From assembly GCA_947503245.1 (NCBI GenBank), contig CANNCV010000003.1, positions 6,283-70,282 on the forward strand: 64,000 bases of DNA. The letters are read 5' to 3'. Positions 49,598-61,393 of this stretch are shown here, piece by piece; the first letter of the stretch is position 1, and each line of letters begins with the position of its first letter. Made by a program: the position numbers and the translations under genes. The DNA comes from an uncultured Sphingomonadaceae bacterium. Lineage in GTDB: Bacteria; Pseudomonadota; Alphaproteobacteria; Sphingomonadales; Sphingomonadaceae. The notes under the pieces were generated by a model that was not told the origin of the DNA, ran no database searches, and saw only the letters and a list, made by a program, of their open reading frames with translations.

Positions 49598-50266
49598 TCA
49601 GGTCAGTCCATAGTATATAATACGAAGTGCTGTGGAAGGGCGCAAAAGCGGCTTATTGATATTTTTTAACGCAAGGTCATTATTAATCAGCTTTGCGAAT
49701 ATTTTAATTGGTTTAGGAATATTTCTCAGACGCTTAGACATGAGTTCCAATATTTTTTCGCGGCTGTCCTGCAAAAGCATATTTCGCTTAACCTCATCTT
49801 CAATTAACGCCGTTCTGCGCAATATTTGCCATTGAGCATAGGTTTTGAGTGTCGTGTTCAACACCTCCATATCGCCTATATGTGTATAACCGCTCAAGAA
49901 ATTGCAAAACGCCTTGGCGCGTGATGTCACAAGCTCATCAATATCCGCTACGGACCGGTTAGATACCAGAAAAGCCTCCCAGCAATTCACCAAGTCATCC
50001 AAACAGCCAAGCTGATCATTGCTGGGCAGTTGATTCAACACGCTTATATAAGGGTGTCCTTTGGGCCGGTTTGCAGGATCTTTAGCGATGACGTCACGCC
50101 ACCAGGCCAGACGCATCTGTCCGATAAGCATTTCACTCGTTGAAGCCGCGACTTTTGCACATTGTGAATCGAGTCCGAAAATGACTTCAAAAGGCACGCG
50201 CTCTTTCGCCTTAGCATAAGCAAATACTAGCTTTTGCAAGGGATAATCAGGGTTATTATCAATCAT
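49598..50266 (-). CDS. Squalene/phytoene synthase-fold protein (NDUFAF6-like)
   Basis: EMLIGQMRLAWWRD, GHP motif. Confidence 0.7.
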   Translation of the reverse strand: MIDNNPDYPLQKLVFAYAKAKERVPFEVIFGLDSQCAKVAASTSEMLIGQMRLAWWRDVIAKDPANRPKGHPYISVLNQLPSNDQLGCLDDLVNCWEAFLVSNRSVADIDELVTSRAKAFCNFLSGYTHIGDMEVLNTTLKTYAQWQILRRTALIEDEVKRNMLLQDSREKILELMSKRLRNIPKPIKIFAKLINNDLALKNINKPLLRPSTALRIIYYGLT

Positions 50267-50301
50267 AGTGACTGCTCATAGCGCGCTCTGGCGGGCTTAT
50301 C

Positions 50302-50321
50302 ATGGTTAATCGCTTCGTAAC
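50302..50321. promoter_or_regulatory. CtrA-like site upstream of the tad trio
   Basis: ATGGTTAA half-site overlapping TTAA-TCGCTTC-GTAAC (one mismatch to TTAA-N7-TTAAC). Confidence 0.4.
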
Positions 50322-50426
50322 CCTGTTATTAAGAATTCAATTTACCAGAATTGGCTAAAAGGATCGCAAGGTCGAGGGCATTTTCTGTCTTCAGAAGGTG
50401 TTTTAGAATTTTGGGGTCATGCGTAC

Positions 50427-52256
50427 ATGTCGTTTAAAAAAGATCAGTCTCGCTCAAATATTACGACTATATTGCAGTCGCTAATACGTAATAAGTCGGG
50501 CAACACACTGGCTATGGTAGCGGCGGGCTTAGTGCCTATGACCGCAATGATCGGTAGTGGCGTTGATATCAGCCGCGCCTATATGGTGCAAACCCGTTTA
50601 CAACAAGCCTGTGATGCCGGTGTGCTGGCAGGGCGACGTGCTGTCGGTGACGGCAGTTTTGATACAGCTGCGGCAGATGTTGCCGGTGACTATTTCAATG
50701 TGAACTTCCCTGGCGGTTATCTCAATACAACAAATTTGGTATTTACGCCAACTGCGGGCAATGGCGATTCAAGCGTGAATGGCGTTGCGACTGTAACCAT
50801 GCCGACTGTGGTCATGGATATGTTCACTATTGACGATTTAGATATCAGTGTTGATTGTCAGGCGCAGTTAGAGGTTGCAAACTCCGACATTACCTTCGTC
50901 TTGGATACAACCGGGTCCATGGCTTGCCCAGAAGATGCAAACTCTTCAGAATGCAGTTCCTATTTTGCCAGCTTTGGCACGCAAGAGGGGCGTAGTTTCA
51001 ATTCATTATCAACGACCTCGCGCCTTGGCGCTTTGCGTTCGTCTCTCGATTCTTTTTACAATATTGTGCAGGGCGCGGCGGCGAGCAGCAATGCACGTAT
51101 CCGCTATTCCTTTGTACCCTATTCGCAAACTGTAAACACAGGATATCTCCTCAATCCGGACTGGATTGTCGATAGCTATGATTATGAGACTGCGGAAACG
51201 ACAAGCCGCACAGAGGACGAGTTACTATTTTTCACAAACCGTCCTCAAAGTACCTGTAGCGGCAATGCCCGCACTACAAGCGGCGTTGATGTGGTTTTGC
51301 GATGGGAATTTCATAGTGGTCAATTCCGCTGCGCGGTTTATGAAGAAGACGTTACCACTTACGATATTGTTTTAGAAGAAAGGGAACTTGATGTCAGCAC
51401 GTATAAGACTGGCGCTGCGACTCCAGACCCTACAAATCTTTCTTCCAGCAATTTTACATGGGCGGGATGTATAGAAGAGCGTGATACGGTAGCGAGCAAT
51501 AGTGTTGATTTTGTGCCATCTACTGGTTTTACGCCAGCGGGCCTATTGGATCTGGACATTGATGGTGTACCTACCAGTGATGCAGGGCGTTGGAGACCAT
51601 ATTGGCCGGAAGCATATGTGCGCCGTAACTTTAATACGACACAATTATCTGGCAGCTCTAGCAATCCGTGGACACGAAGCTCAATTAGCAGTTTTCTGCC
51701 GCAGACAGCATGCCCTCAACAGGCAGCTTTGCTAGCCGAATATGGTGCTTTAACGGATATCCAAGGGTATACCAACGCTTTACGGCCTGATGGCGGTACA
51801 TATCATGATATCGGCTTGATCTGGGGCGCACGCCTTTCCAGCCCTGATGGTTTGTTTCAAGTCAATGTCAATGAAACACCGTCCAATCTGGGTTTTGTTG
51901 GCCGTCATCTTATTTTCATGACCGATGGCGACTTGGTTCCGTCGGACGGTACGGTATCGGCTTATGGCATAGAACGCCATGATGGCCGCATTTCCGGCAA
52001 TACAACCGGCACGAGTAGCGCGGCATATTCTCCCGAGTTGTTTAACCGTCATACAACCCGCTATACGGAAATGTGTGAAGCCATTAAGGCAAAGGGCATT
52101 CGTGTTTGGGTCATCGCATTTAACACCGCATTGACCAATGAACTGACCCGCTGTGCCAGTACCGACAGCTCATTCACAGCCGAAGATGCCTCTACTTTGA
52201 ATGACGCATTTGCCAGCATTGCCGAACAGATCGCAGAATTGAGGCTGACACAATGA
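50427..52256 (+). CDS. TadG-like pilus protein with VWA domain
   Basis: GNTLAMVAAGLVPMTAMIGSGVDISRAY..QTRLQQACDAGVLAG; VLDTTGSM, MTDG, VWVIAF. Confidence 0.88.
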   Translation: MSFKKDQSRSNITTILQSLIRNKSGNTLAMVAAGLVPMTAMIGSGVDISRAYMVQTRLQQACDAGVLAGRRAVGDGSFDTAAADVAGDYFNVNFPGGYLNTTNLVFTPTAGNGDSSVNGVATVTMPTVVMDMFTIDDLDISVDCQAQLEVANSDITFVLDTTGSMACPEDANSSECSSYFASFGTQEGRSFNSLSTTSRLGALRSSLDSFYNIVQGAAASSNARIRYSFVPYSQTVNTGYLLNPDWIVDSYDYETAETTSRTEDELLFFTNRPQSTCSGNARTTSGVDVVLRWEFHSGQFRCAVYEEDVTTYDIVLEERELDVSTYKTGAATPDPTNLSSSNFTWAGCIEERDTVASNSVDFVPSTGFTPAGLLDLDIDGVPTSDAGRWRPYWPEAYVRRNFNTTQLSGSSSNPWTRSSISSFLPQTACPQQAALLAEYGALTDIQGYTNALRPDGGTYHDIGLIWGARLSSPDGLFQVNVNETPSNLGFVGRHLIFMTDGDLVPSDGTVSAYGIERHDGRISGNTTGTSSAAYSPELFNRHTTRYTEMCEAIKAKGIRVWVIAFNTALTNELTRCASTDSSFTAEDASTLNDAFASIAEQIAELRLTQ

Positions 52257-52858
52257 GCCTTTTCTCTCAGATCCAAAAACTGCGCAAAGATCAAAAAGGC
52301 GCAACCCTTGTGGAATTTGCTATCATTGCACCCAGCTTCATGCTGTTACTGATGGGTACATTCGACATCGGATATACCGTCTTTTTGAGAGCAACATTTT
52401 CAGGGGCTGTGCTTGATGCTGCACGCGATTCTACGCTTGAGACAGCGCCAGCAAGCCAGAGCTCAATCGATGCAGAAATCACACGCCGGATGCAGACGAT
52501 CAATTCCAGCTCGTCGCTCAGTTTCTCGCGCCAAAGCTATTTTGACTTTGCCGATGTTGCGCGCCCTGAAGCTGTTATCAATGATGTTGATAGTGACGGT
52601 GAATGCGATACCGGTGACTCTTTTGAAGACGAAAATGGCAATGGTACTTGGGACGCAGATTTGGGTGCGTCAGGTATTGGCGGACCAAATGACGTTGTGC
52701 TCTATACGGTAACGCTGACCTATGACCGTATTTTCCCGCTTTACGGTCTCTTGGGACAGTCCCAATCTAACAGCATGGATTTAACAACGGTGCTGCGCAA
52801 CCAACCATATGGCATCCAATCAGGCCGTGACCAAGTTTCAGTGGAGCCATGCCCATGA
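52253..52858 (+). CDS. TadE-family pseudopilin
   Basis: KGATLVEFAIIAP prepilin motif; DSDGECD and DENGNGTWD Ca-binding-like loops; RNQPY. Confidence 0.9.
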   Translation: MSLFSQIQKLRKDQKGATLVEFAIIAPSFMLLLMGTFDIGYTVFLRATFSGAVLDAARDSTLETAPASQSSIDAEITRRMQTINSSSSLSFSRQSYFDFADVARPEAVINDVDSDGECDTGDSFEDENGNGTWDADLGASGIGGPNDVVLYTVTLTYDRIFPLYGLLGQSQSNSMDLTTVLRNQPYGIQSGRDQVSVEPCP

Positions 52859-53541
52859 TTATCAAACCCCTTAAACGGTTCCGCAAAACCTTAGGTCAAC
52901 TTCGATCCAGCAAAAGCGGTTTGGCCCTTATAGAATTTGCATATAGCTTACCTATTTTCATGGGCTTAGGCCTATATGGGACGGAAATCGCCTTTCTGGC
53001 AGTGACGCAAATGAATGTGAGTCAGTCTGCGCTTACCTTGGCAGATAACGCATCACGCATGGGCCAAACGGTGACCGGTAGTAATGGACGCGTTGTGTTT
53101 GAAACTGACATTGGTTCAGTTTTTGCCGGTGTTCGCTTACAGGGTGAACGGTTTAATCTTTTGCAAAATGGCAGGGTCATTTTGTCGAGTCTTGAGACCA
53201 ATACTAATGGTCGCTTTCAACGGATAAGATGGCAGCGTTGTATTGGGTTGCTGCAAGTGCAATCCGATTATGGCGTGCAAGGTACTTTTGAACGCAATAC
53301 ACCTAGCTTTATCGGCATGGGTCCGGCAGGTAACGAAATACGCGCAGAGCGCGGAAGCGCCGTCATGTATGTTGAAATCTTTTATGACTATAACGGATTG
53401 TTTGGCGACACATTCGTTTCCGGCAGACGGTTAAAGCAGGAAGCGGCCTTCTCGATAAGAGATGACCGCGTAACCAACCAAGCTATCACTCGCGATGGTA
53501 GTTTTGTTTACAGCTGCGGTAATCGTTTTACCGACGTCTAA
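52849..53541 (+). CDS. TadE/TadF-family pseudopilin
   Basis: SGLALIEFAYSLP prepilin motif. Confidence 0.88.
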   Translation: MPMIIKPLKRFRKTLGQLRSSKSGLALIEFAYSLPIFMGLGLYGTEIAFLAVTQMNVSQSALTLADNASRMGQTVTGSNGRVVFETDIGSVFAGVRLQGERFNLLQNGRVILSSLETNTNGRFQRIRWQRCIGLLQVQSDYGVQGTFERNTPSFIGMGPAGNEIRAERGSAVMYVEIFYDYNGLFGDTFVSGRRLKQEAAFSIRDDRVTNQAITRDGSFVYSCGNRFTDV

Positions 53542-53598
53542 TGAAATTAATGTTTAATGAGAGGCTGGGCAATTTATCTACCTAGCCCCTCATTCTCA

Positions 53599-54960
53599 TC
53601 AATCTTTATAGCAAACTGTCTTGGCCGCAGACACAATCTTTGGAACATCTACCAGCATCGCCGCTTCAAGGTTAGCAGCATAAGGCATTGGTACATCTTC
53701 ATTAGCAACCCGCAATACAGGCGCGTCCAGATCGTCAAATCCTTGCTCCATGGCCAGCGCTGAAATCTCGCTAGCGATTGAGCAGGTTGGCCAACCCTCT
53801 TCAACTACAATCATGCGGTTTGTTTTCGCAAGGCTGTCCAATACGGCTTTCGTATCTAATGGACGAAGGGTTCTGAGGTCGATAACCTCCGCATCAATCC
53901 CCTCACCCGCCAATTGCTCAGCTGCTTCCAAAGCCAAGCCGACACCGATGGAATAGCTGACAATAGTAAGGTCATTGCCTTCACGCATAATACGTGCCTT
54001 GCCAATAGGCAGGACATGATCATCCAGTTGCGGAACATCAAAACTGCGACCGTAAAGCAATTCATTTTCCAAGAAGACAACCGGATCTTCAGTGCGGATA
54101 GCTGCTTTCAAAAGGCCTTTGGCATCAGCGGAATCATAAGGCGCGATCACGATGAGACCCGGTACACTAGCATACCATGGGCCATAATTTTGACTATGCT
54201 GCGCGCCAACCCGGCTAGCCGCGCCATTGGGTCCACGGAACACGATAGGGCACCGCATCTGGCCGCCCGACATATAATTTGTCTTGGCCGCAGAATTAAT
54301 GATGTGGTCAATCGCCTGCATCGCAAAGTTGAAGGTCATGAATTCGATCACAGGGCGCAATCCGCCCATGGCTGCGCCTGAGCCTACGCCGGCAAAACCA
54401 TATTCGGTTATAGGCGTATCAATAACTCTGCGATCGCCAAATTCTTCCAACAGACCTTGCGTGACTTTATAAGCGCCTTGGTATTCAGCAACTTCTTCAC
54501 CCATTACGAAAACGCGATCATCAGTGCGCATTTCTTCAGCCATTGCATCGCGCAAGGCCTCACGCACTGTTGTTGAAACCATTGGCGTACCTTCTGGAAT
54601 GGCGGGATCCGCTGCCGTTTCCGTGCGCTCTGGAGCAGATACAGTTATAGGGGCCGCATCTTTGGTTTCAGCTGGCTTTTCAGCAGCAGGTGAAGTTTGT
54701 GCAGGCTCTTCTTCGTCATCTTCGCCAGCCATACGCGCAATGACAGTGCCAACGGCAACGTTTTCCGTGCCTTCTGCAACAAGCAATTCTGTAATTTCGC
54801 CCTCGTCAATGGCTTCAAATTCCATTGTGGCCTTATCAGTCTCAATCTCAGCAATGATATCGCCAGAGGAAACTTCGTCCCCCACTTTAACCAACCATTT
54901 GGCCAAAGTGCCTTCTTCCATAGTTGGCGACAAAGCAGGCATTTTAAGTTCGATAGCCAT
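53599..54960 (-). CDS. pdhB: Pyruvate dehydrogenase E1 beta subunit with N-terminal lipoyl domain
   Basis: [42 protein letters not shown]. Confidence 0.96.
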   Translation of the reverse strand: MAIELKMPALSPTMEEGTLAKWLVKVGDEVSSGDIIAEIETDKATMEFEAIDEGEITELLVAEGTENVAVGTVIARMAGEDDEEEPAQTSPAAEKPAETKDAAPITVSAPERTETAADPAIPEGTPMVSTTVREALRDAMAEEMRTDDRVFVMGEEVAEYQGAYKVTQGLLEEFGDRRVIDTPITEYGFAGVGSGAAMGGLRPVIEFMTFNFAMQAIDHIINSAAKTNYMSGGQMRCPIVFRGPNGAASRVGAQHSQNYGPWYASVPGLIVIAPYDSADAKGLLKAAIRTEDPVVFLENELLYGRSFDVPQLDDHVLPIGKARIMREGNDLTIVSYSIGVGLALEAAEQLAGEGIDAEVIDLRTLRPLDTKAVLDSLAKTNRMIVVEEGWPTCSIASEISALAMEQGFDDLDAPVLRVANEDVPMPYAANLEAAMLVDVPKIVSAAKTVCYKD

Positions 54961-56006
54961 TAGTATTTCTCCACCAAAATATCGGTGTAAAGCTCAGACA
55001 GCTCCGGTTCTGGCGAGTTTTCTGCAAAGTCAGCTGAGTCCGCAACTATTTTACGTATCTCTTTATCAAGTGCCTTCAACTCTTCCTCGCTAACCTTCAT
55101 TTTCAACAATTCAGCCTTGGCACCCTCAATCGGATCAGACTTATCACGCATTTCCTGCACTTCATCACGGCTACGATATTTTGCAGGATCAGACATTGAG
55201 TGCCCGCGATAACGATATGTTTTCAACTCCAACAAGATCGGGCCATTACCCTCCCTTACCCATTTAAGAGCTGTTTCCGCTGCACCGCGAACCTCCAGCA
55301 CATCCATGCCGTTAACTTGAATACCAGGAATGCGGAAACTCTCACCACGGCGGTAAAGCTGATCTTCGGCAGAGGCACGGTTCACACTTGTGCCCATGGC
55401 ATATTGATTGTTTTCGATAGCAAAAATAACAGGCAGCTTCCAAAGCTCAGCCATATTAAAGCTCTCATAAACCTGCCCTTGGTTGGCAGCGCCATCACCA
55501 AAGTAAGACAAGCAAACGCCGCCATCATCACGATATTTGTGCGCAAAGCCCAGTCCGGCGCCCAAAGAGACTTGAGCACCAACGATACCGTGCCCGCCAT
55601 AAAATTTCTGTTCGACACTAAACATGTGCATCGAACCGCCCTTGCCTTTGGAAATACCTGCCTGGCGGCCGGTCAGTTCCGCCATGATAACCCGTGGATC
55701 GATCCCATATGCTAACATGTGACCATGATCGCGATAGCCAGTGATAACACTGTCTTCACCTTCGTTCATTGCTGATTGCAGGCCTACAGCAACAGCCTCT
55801 TGTCCGATGTAAAGATGGCAAAAGCCGCCAATCAGGCCCAATCCGTAAAGTTGCCCTGCCTTTTCCTCAAAGCGTCGGATCAGAAGCATTTGCCGGTAAA
55901 GTTCCAACAATGTTTCTTTATCAGCCTTAAACCGTTTAGGTTTGCCAGGCTTGCCTTTTGCGGCGCGCGTAACAGGGGTTTTTTCACTGGAGTCAGTCAA
56001 TGCCAT
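54960..56006 (-). CDS. pdhA: Pyruvate dehydrogenase E1 alpha subunit
   Basis: [39 protein letters not shown]. Confidence 0.96.
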   Translation of the reverse strand: MALTDSSEKTPVTRAAKGKPGKPKRFKADKETLLELYRQMLLIRRFEEKAGQLYGLGLIGGFCHLYIGQEAVAVGLQSAMNEGEDSVITGYRDHGHMLAYGIDPRVIMAELTGRQAGISKGKGGSMHMFSVEQKFYGGHGIVGAQVSLGAGLGFAHKYRDDGGVCLSYFGDGAANQGQVYESFNMAELWKLPVIFAIENNQYAMGTSVNRASAEDQLYRRGESFRIPGIQVNGMDVLEVRGAAETALKWVREGNGPILLELKTYRYRGHSMSDPAKYRSRDEVQEMRDKSDPIEGAKAELLKMKVSEEELKALDKEIRKIVADSADFAENSPEPELSELYTDILVEKY

Positions 56007-56112
56007 GTCCTTAAAGGGGAGGAATATCCTGAAAGGATATAGTCGAAGTTGCGCCAACTGCGCAACGCACAAATATAGGTTAATTGATGTTACTTTTAAC
56101 CTATTTGGGAAA

Positions 56113-56424
56113 TTATTTTAGCGGGATAATAATCTCATCAGGATGCACGACATTTAGCTCTTTACGGATAAGTTCGCCAGCAAGGTCTGGATCTGCATTA
56201 CCTGGCGCGAGCAACCGTATCCGGTTGGCAAGAGCATGCTCCCGCTCTTCCAGAACAGCCAGTTCTTGCTGCCGTTCCTGCAATTGCTTTTGATATTCGC
56301 CCCACGCCAAAACGCCTGTAGGGCCAACCATCGCATAAGCCGCAATCGCCAAAAGCGCCAACATAGCTAGTCCAGAGCCCAAGGATGAGCGCAAGGTTGA
56401 TTTTACGTGACGTTTGCGTTGCAT
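56113..56424 (-). CDS. ftsB: Septum formation initiator FtsB/DivIC
   Basis: TM, GPTGVLAW, coiled coil, DPDLAGELIRKELNVVHPDE; lies between eno and pdhA. Confidence 0.85.
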   Translation of the reverse strand: MQRKRHVKSTLRSSLGSGLAMLALLAIAAYAMVGPTGVLAWGEYQKQLQERQQELAVLEEREHALANRIRLLAPGNADPDLAGELIRKELNVVHPDEIIIPLK

Positions 56425-56533
56425 ACGCCCTTGAATCACAATTGATTCGGCGTGACAAGCGTTAATTGCAGCGATGGCCGGAAAATGCGCTTAATGGCAT
56501 CATTCCCGGCCTAAAAGCTCTGCCAAATGCCGT

Positions 56534-57907
<1,374 letters not shown>

Positions 57908-58067
57908 CTAATTGCGACCTTCTGGCACCATCTTGGCAAATTATACATTTATCCGGTCATTTTACGCCTATTATCTATGGTTGCTTCTTGAATTTCTGGG
58001 GAAATAGCGCAGATTAATAAGTGCAAGGGATGTTGGGACCAGATGCCTTTTTTCAGGCACGTCCGTA

Positions 58068-58694
58068 ATGATGGAGGGCTTTATGCCTATAGAAGACGAA
58101 AATGAAGCTGCAAAAGCCGCGCCAAAGACCCCGCGAAAGCGTGCACCGCGTAAGACTGCGGCCAAAACCACAGCAAAAACAGCCGCCAAGACAAGCGCGA
58201 AAGCGACCACAACCAAACGCACTGCCGCCAAAAAGACAGGCACCACTGCAAAGAAAACTCCTGCTAAGGCGACGACTGCTCAATCAGGGGCAAAAACAGC
58301 GTCGACCAGCATTATTAAAGGCGTTGATTTGAAAAAAACTGGTGAAGACTTGACCGAGAAAAGCGCAAACCTGGCGAATGAAGCCAAAGAAAAGGCCGCT
58401 GAATTTGCCAAGGAGTCCCAAAAACGTGCTGGTGCAGCCATTGCCAATGTCGCTGAACTTATCAGTGAAAGTGCTGGCGCCATTGATGAGCGTCTTGGCG
58501 AACGTTATGGCGATGTTGCTCGTTCAGCATCGGACACTGTCGCTGGTGTTGCCGCAAAAGTTGATGAAAGCGATCTGAGTGAACTGGCTGAAGAAGCCCG
58601 TGATTTTGTCCGAAAAAGCCCTGCATTGGCAATTGGTTTGGCAGTCACAGCAGGTCTGGTCGTTGCGCGCTTAGTGAAATCAACAAAAGACTAA
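58068..58694 (+). CDS. Protein with histone H1-like Lys/Ala/Thr N-terminus and DUF883/ElaB-like C-terminus
   Basis: KTAAK/KTTAK repeats; FVRKSPALAIGLAVTAGLVVARL tail anchor. Confidence 0.75.
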   Translation: MMEGFMPIEDENEAAKAAPKTPRKRAPRKTAAKTTAKTAAKTSAKATTTKRTAAKKTGTTAKKTPAKATTAQSGAKTASTSIIKGVDLKKTGEDLTEKSANLANEAKEKAAEFAKESQKRAGAAIANVAELISESAGAIDERLGERYGDVARSASDTVAGVAAKVDESDLSELAEEARDFVRKSPALAIGLAVTAGLVVARLVKSTKD

Positions 58695-58700
58695 GGCCCC

Positions 58701-59222
58701 GTGGCTGCTGCAAGTGATCCTTCTCAAGCGCAGGAAGCGGCCAGGCAAACCATGCCTGCCGCTGATGAGAATACATGTGCGGCAGCGGCTGGAGATAATG
58801 CCGGCCAAGGAAATCCGCAACCCGGCATTATCGAACAGGTCAAGCAGACCGTTGATGATAGCAAGGAATGGATAGAGTCAGAGCTCGCATTTCATAAAGT
58901 ACGCCTGCGCGAGGGTGGTCAACGGGCGAAGTCCATCGGACTGTTTATCGGGGTCGGGGCTGCTCTTTTCATCTGCTCATTTACAACCTTGCTGCTCGGT
59001 ATATTCCTTACTGTCACATATTATTTCGGCCCGATTGTCGCGGTTATTTCTGTACCGGCCGCTTATGCCATATTTGGCTATTTAGCATTGCGGGCAGCCT
59101 TGGCCAAAATTGGCCAGTTAAAAACCATGGTTCAAGAAACAGGCGGTATCACGGGTATGAAAGCCAGTAATGCAGACAATCCGGTTGATGATCCACTAAC
59201 AACTGAAGATGTACGGTCATGA
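58701..59222 (+). CDS. Phage-holin-like (YqjE-type) membrane protein
   Basis: ESELAFHKVRL followed by two TM helices; operon context. Confidence 0.7.
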   Translation: MAAASDPSQAQEAARQTMPAADENTCAAAAGDNAGQGNPQPGIIEQVKQTVDDSKEWIESELAFHKVRLREGGQRAKSIGLFIGVGAALFICSFTTLLLGIFLTVTYYFGPIVAVISVPAAYAIFGYLALRAALAKIGQLKTMVQETGGITGMKASNADNPVDDPLTTEDVRS

Positions 59223-59506
59223 AAAAAAGTCTGAGCAATGCCTTGGTGCAGCGTAATCATAAGCGCAGAGCCGCGCTGACTGCAATCACTGCGACCCGGC
59301 AAAGATTAAAACCCGCGAATCTGAAGCAAGAAGCGAAAGATAATATTGCCAAAAAGGCTAAAGCAGCCGCGAACACGGCAAAGCAGTCAGCTTATCGCCA
59401 TCGCTTTAAGTTGATGGCGGCCACAGGCATTACTTTGGGTGCGGGAGCAGCAGCCTTACTATACACTCCGCTTAAAAAACGGCTTTCAGAGGATAGAAAG
59501 GAATAA
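59219..59506 (+). CDS. Hypothetical protein (DUF3618-like)
   Basis: ATRQRLKPANL motif and C-terminal hydrophobic segment. Confidence 0.6.
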   Translation: MKKSLSNALVQRNHKRRAALTAITATRQRLKPANLKQEAKDNIAKKAKAAANTAKQSAYRHRFKLMAATGITLGAGAAALLYTPLKKRLSEDRKE

Positions 59507-59565
59507 TCTGTTATAGCGGTGTAACAAAACATCATTATAGGCAATGTCACAAGAGTGAGAGCATT

Positions 59566-59907
59566 ATGACCAATCAGAAATCCAAAGCCGAAACCAAAAG
59601 CCGTAACATTATCGAAGAGCATCCTTTAGCAGCTGCAACAGGCGCACTTATCGTCGGCATGGCATTGGGGGCTCTCATCCCGCGCAGCGAAAGCGAACGC
59701 AAAGTTCTACGCAATACTGGCGATAAGCTACGTGAGCGCACTAAAGAAGCCGTCTCCGCCGCACAAGAGGCTGGTAAAACAGGCTTGGAAGATGCTGGTA
59801 TTACCGTTGAAGAAGCAAAATTGCAGGTTCGCGACCTTGTTAGACGGGCCAGTGAAGCCGTTCATGGTGCTAGCGATGCGGCGCGCGATACTCTGCTTAA
59901 AAAATAA
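59566..59907 (+). CDS. Hypothetical ElaB/YqjD-like protein
   Basis: IEEHPLAAATGALIVGMALGALIPRSESE. Confidence 0.7.
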   Translation: MTNQKSKAETKSRNIIEEHPLAAATGALIVGMALGALIPRSESERKVLRNTGDKLRERTKEAVSAAQEAGKTGLEDAGITVEEAKLQVRDLVRRASEAVHGASDAARDTLLKK

Positions 59908-59934
59908 ACCAATCACATTATAAATGGGGAAAAT

Positions 59935-60168
59935 ATGAGCAAATTACACCTTGTGCTGGGCGGACGTGTATCTGACCCGCAAACACTGGACTTTTGTGAG
60001 CTGGATAAAATGGATCTGGTGGGAGTCTACCAAGACTATGCCACGGCCGAAGATGTCTGGCGCGGCTGTGCACAGCGCACGGTTGATGATGCCGAAATGA
60101 AATATGTGGTTGTTCACTTGCACAAATTGCTGGAACCAACTCTCGAAACAGACGAAACAGAGAGCTAA
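59935..60168 (+). CDS. DUF4170 family protein
   Basis: LHLVLGGRV, DLVGVY.DYATA.DVWRG.AQRTVDDAEMKYVVVHLHKLLEP. Confidence 0.88.
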   Translation: MSKLHLVLGGRVSDPQTLDFCELDKMDLVGVYQDYATAEDVWRGCAQRTVDDAEMKYVVVHLHKLLEPTLETDETES

Positions 60169-60174
60169 TTTATA

Positions 60175-60819
60175 TCAGCTATACCGGGATTTCCCAATTG
60201 CATTGCGCATCAAAGGCCTGCCTATGAGCAGGCCAACGATGAAACCACCTATATGTCCACCTATTGCAATGGATGCTCCGCCGGCCGTGAAAAAGCCAAT
60301 ATATAGCTGGTAAATGATCCATAAGGTCATCAGTAAGACTCTAAAGACTGTATCCAGAGCATATTTGCCGATACGTCTTTTGCCCAAATTAATGTTGATT
60401 GTGACTGCCGCCGCAATCAAGGCGCTGATGACACCACTTGCACCAATAGCGACATTGCCACCTGTAAATGGATAAAGCGCATAGCCCAGTGCTGAACCAT
60501 AAGCGCCCAAAATAGCCAATATAACCGTATGCTTCGTGCCAATACGCAGTTCGACCATCAAGCCTGCGAACAACAGAAAAGGCATATTTGATGCAAGATG
60601 ACCATAATCACCGTGCAAAAAAGCGCTGCTAATAGGCGTTAATATTGCAGGCAGAGCCAGATGCGCACCGCCAAAATTGATATCGCTTATTCCGCGCGAC
60701 GGCCAAAAACCTGCCCGTAATGTAGCTTGCTCGTCCAGCCCAAGAAAAACGAATAATGCCCAAATGACTATGCAAGCTACCAGATAATAGCTTGTGAATT
60801 TCGGCAATTTAAAATTCAT
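60175..60819 (-). CDS. Rhomboid family intramembrane serine protease
   Basis: FLHGDYGHLASNM, GASG, GHIGG. Confidence 0.9.
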   Translation of the reverse strand: MNFKLPKFTSYYLVACIVIWALFVFLGLDEQATLRAGFWPSRGISDINFGGAHLALPAILTPISSAFLHGDYGHLASNMPFLLFAGLMVELRIGTKHTVILAILGAYGSALGYALYPFTGGNVAIGASGVISALIAAAVTININLGKRRIGKYALDTVFRVLLMTLWIIYQLYIGFFTAGGASIAIGGHIGGFIVGLLIGRPLMRNAIGKSRYS

Positions 60820-60829
60820 AATGAGCTGA

Positions 60830-61303
60830 TCAAATAAACTCAATTTTGTCGACGAGATAATATTTATCGCCCGATGGAACGCTGACTTCAACTTCATCTT
60901 CGACTTGACGCCCGATAAGAGCGCGGCCAATCGGGCTGTTATAGCTGATCTTGCCTGAGCGTGCATCCGCCTCTGCTTGGCCGACAATCTGATAGCGCAC
61001 AGGCTTATCATCTTCATCAAGAAGAGTAACCGTAGCGCCAAACACAATCTTATCGCCGCTTAGCGTTGTCGGATCAATAATCTGTGCACGGCTTAACTTA
61101 TCTTCAAGGTCACTTATGGTCGCTTCGACTTGGCCCTGACGTTCTTTCGCTGCGTGGTATTCCGCATTTTCGGAAAGATCACCATGCGCACGCGCTTCTT
61201 CGATGGCATCAACAATCTTTGGACGCTCTTCTTTTAATTCTTTCAGCTGGGCACTTAGTTTTTCATAGCCCTCTGCCAACATAGGCATTTTTTCATTCGC
61301 CAT
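60830..61303 (-). CDS. greA: Transcription elongation factor GreA
   Basis: [28 protein letters not shown]. Confidence 0.97.
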   Translation of the reverse strand: MANEKMPMLAEGYEKLSAQLKELKEERPKIVDAIEEARAHGDLSENAEYHAAKERQGQVEATISDLEDKLSRAQIIDPTTLSGDKIVFGATVTLLDEDDKPVRYQIVGQAEADARSGKISYNSPIGRALIGRQVEDEVEVSVPSGDKYYLVDKIEFI

Positions 61304-61393
61304 AACGGCAAGTCCTTCATCTCTCTGTGCATCCACACAATAGCTTTCTTTCGGTCAGACTTTGACCGCAACATAAGCAATTTGTCGGGATTG

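Noticed and set aside
57920-58065. Sigma-54 or EcfG promoter upstream of the histone-like operon
   Set aside because: TGGCAC-N5-TGGC and GGGAC...CGT have the wrong sequence or spacing relative to the consensus
58701-59222. Prophage lysis cassette
   Set aside because: Holin-like only by family name; no endolysin or structural phage genes, and the context is a host stress-type operon
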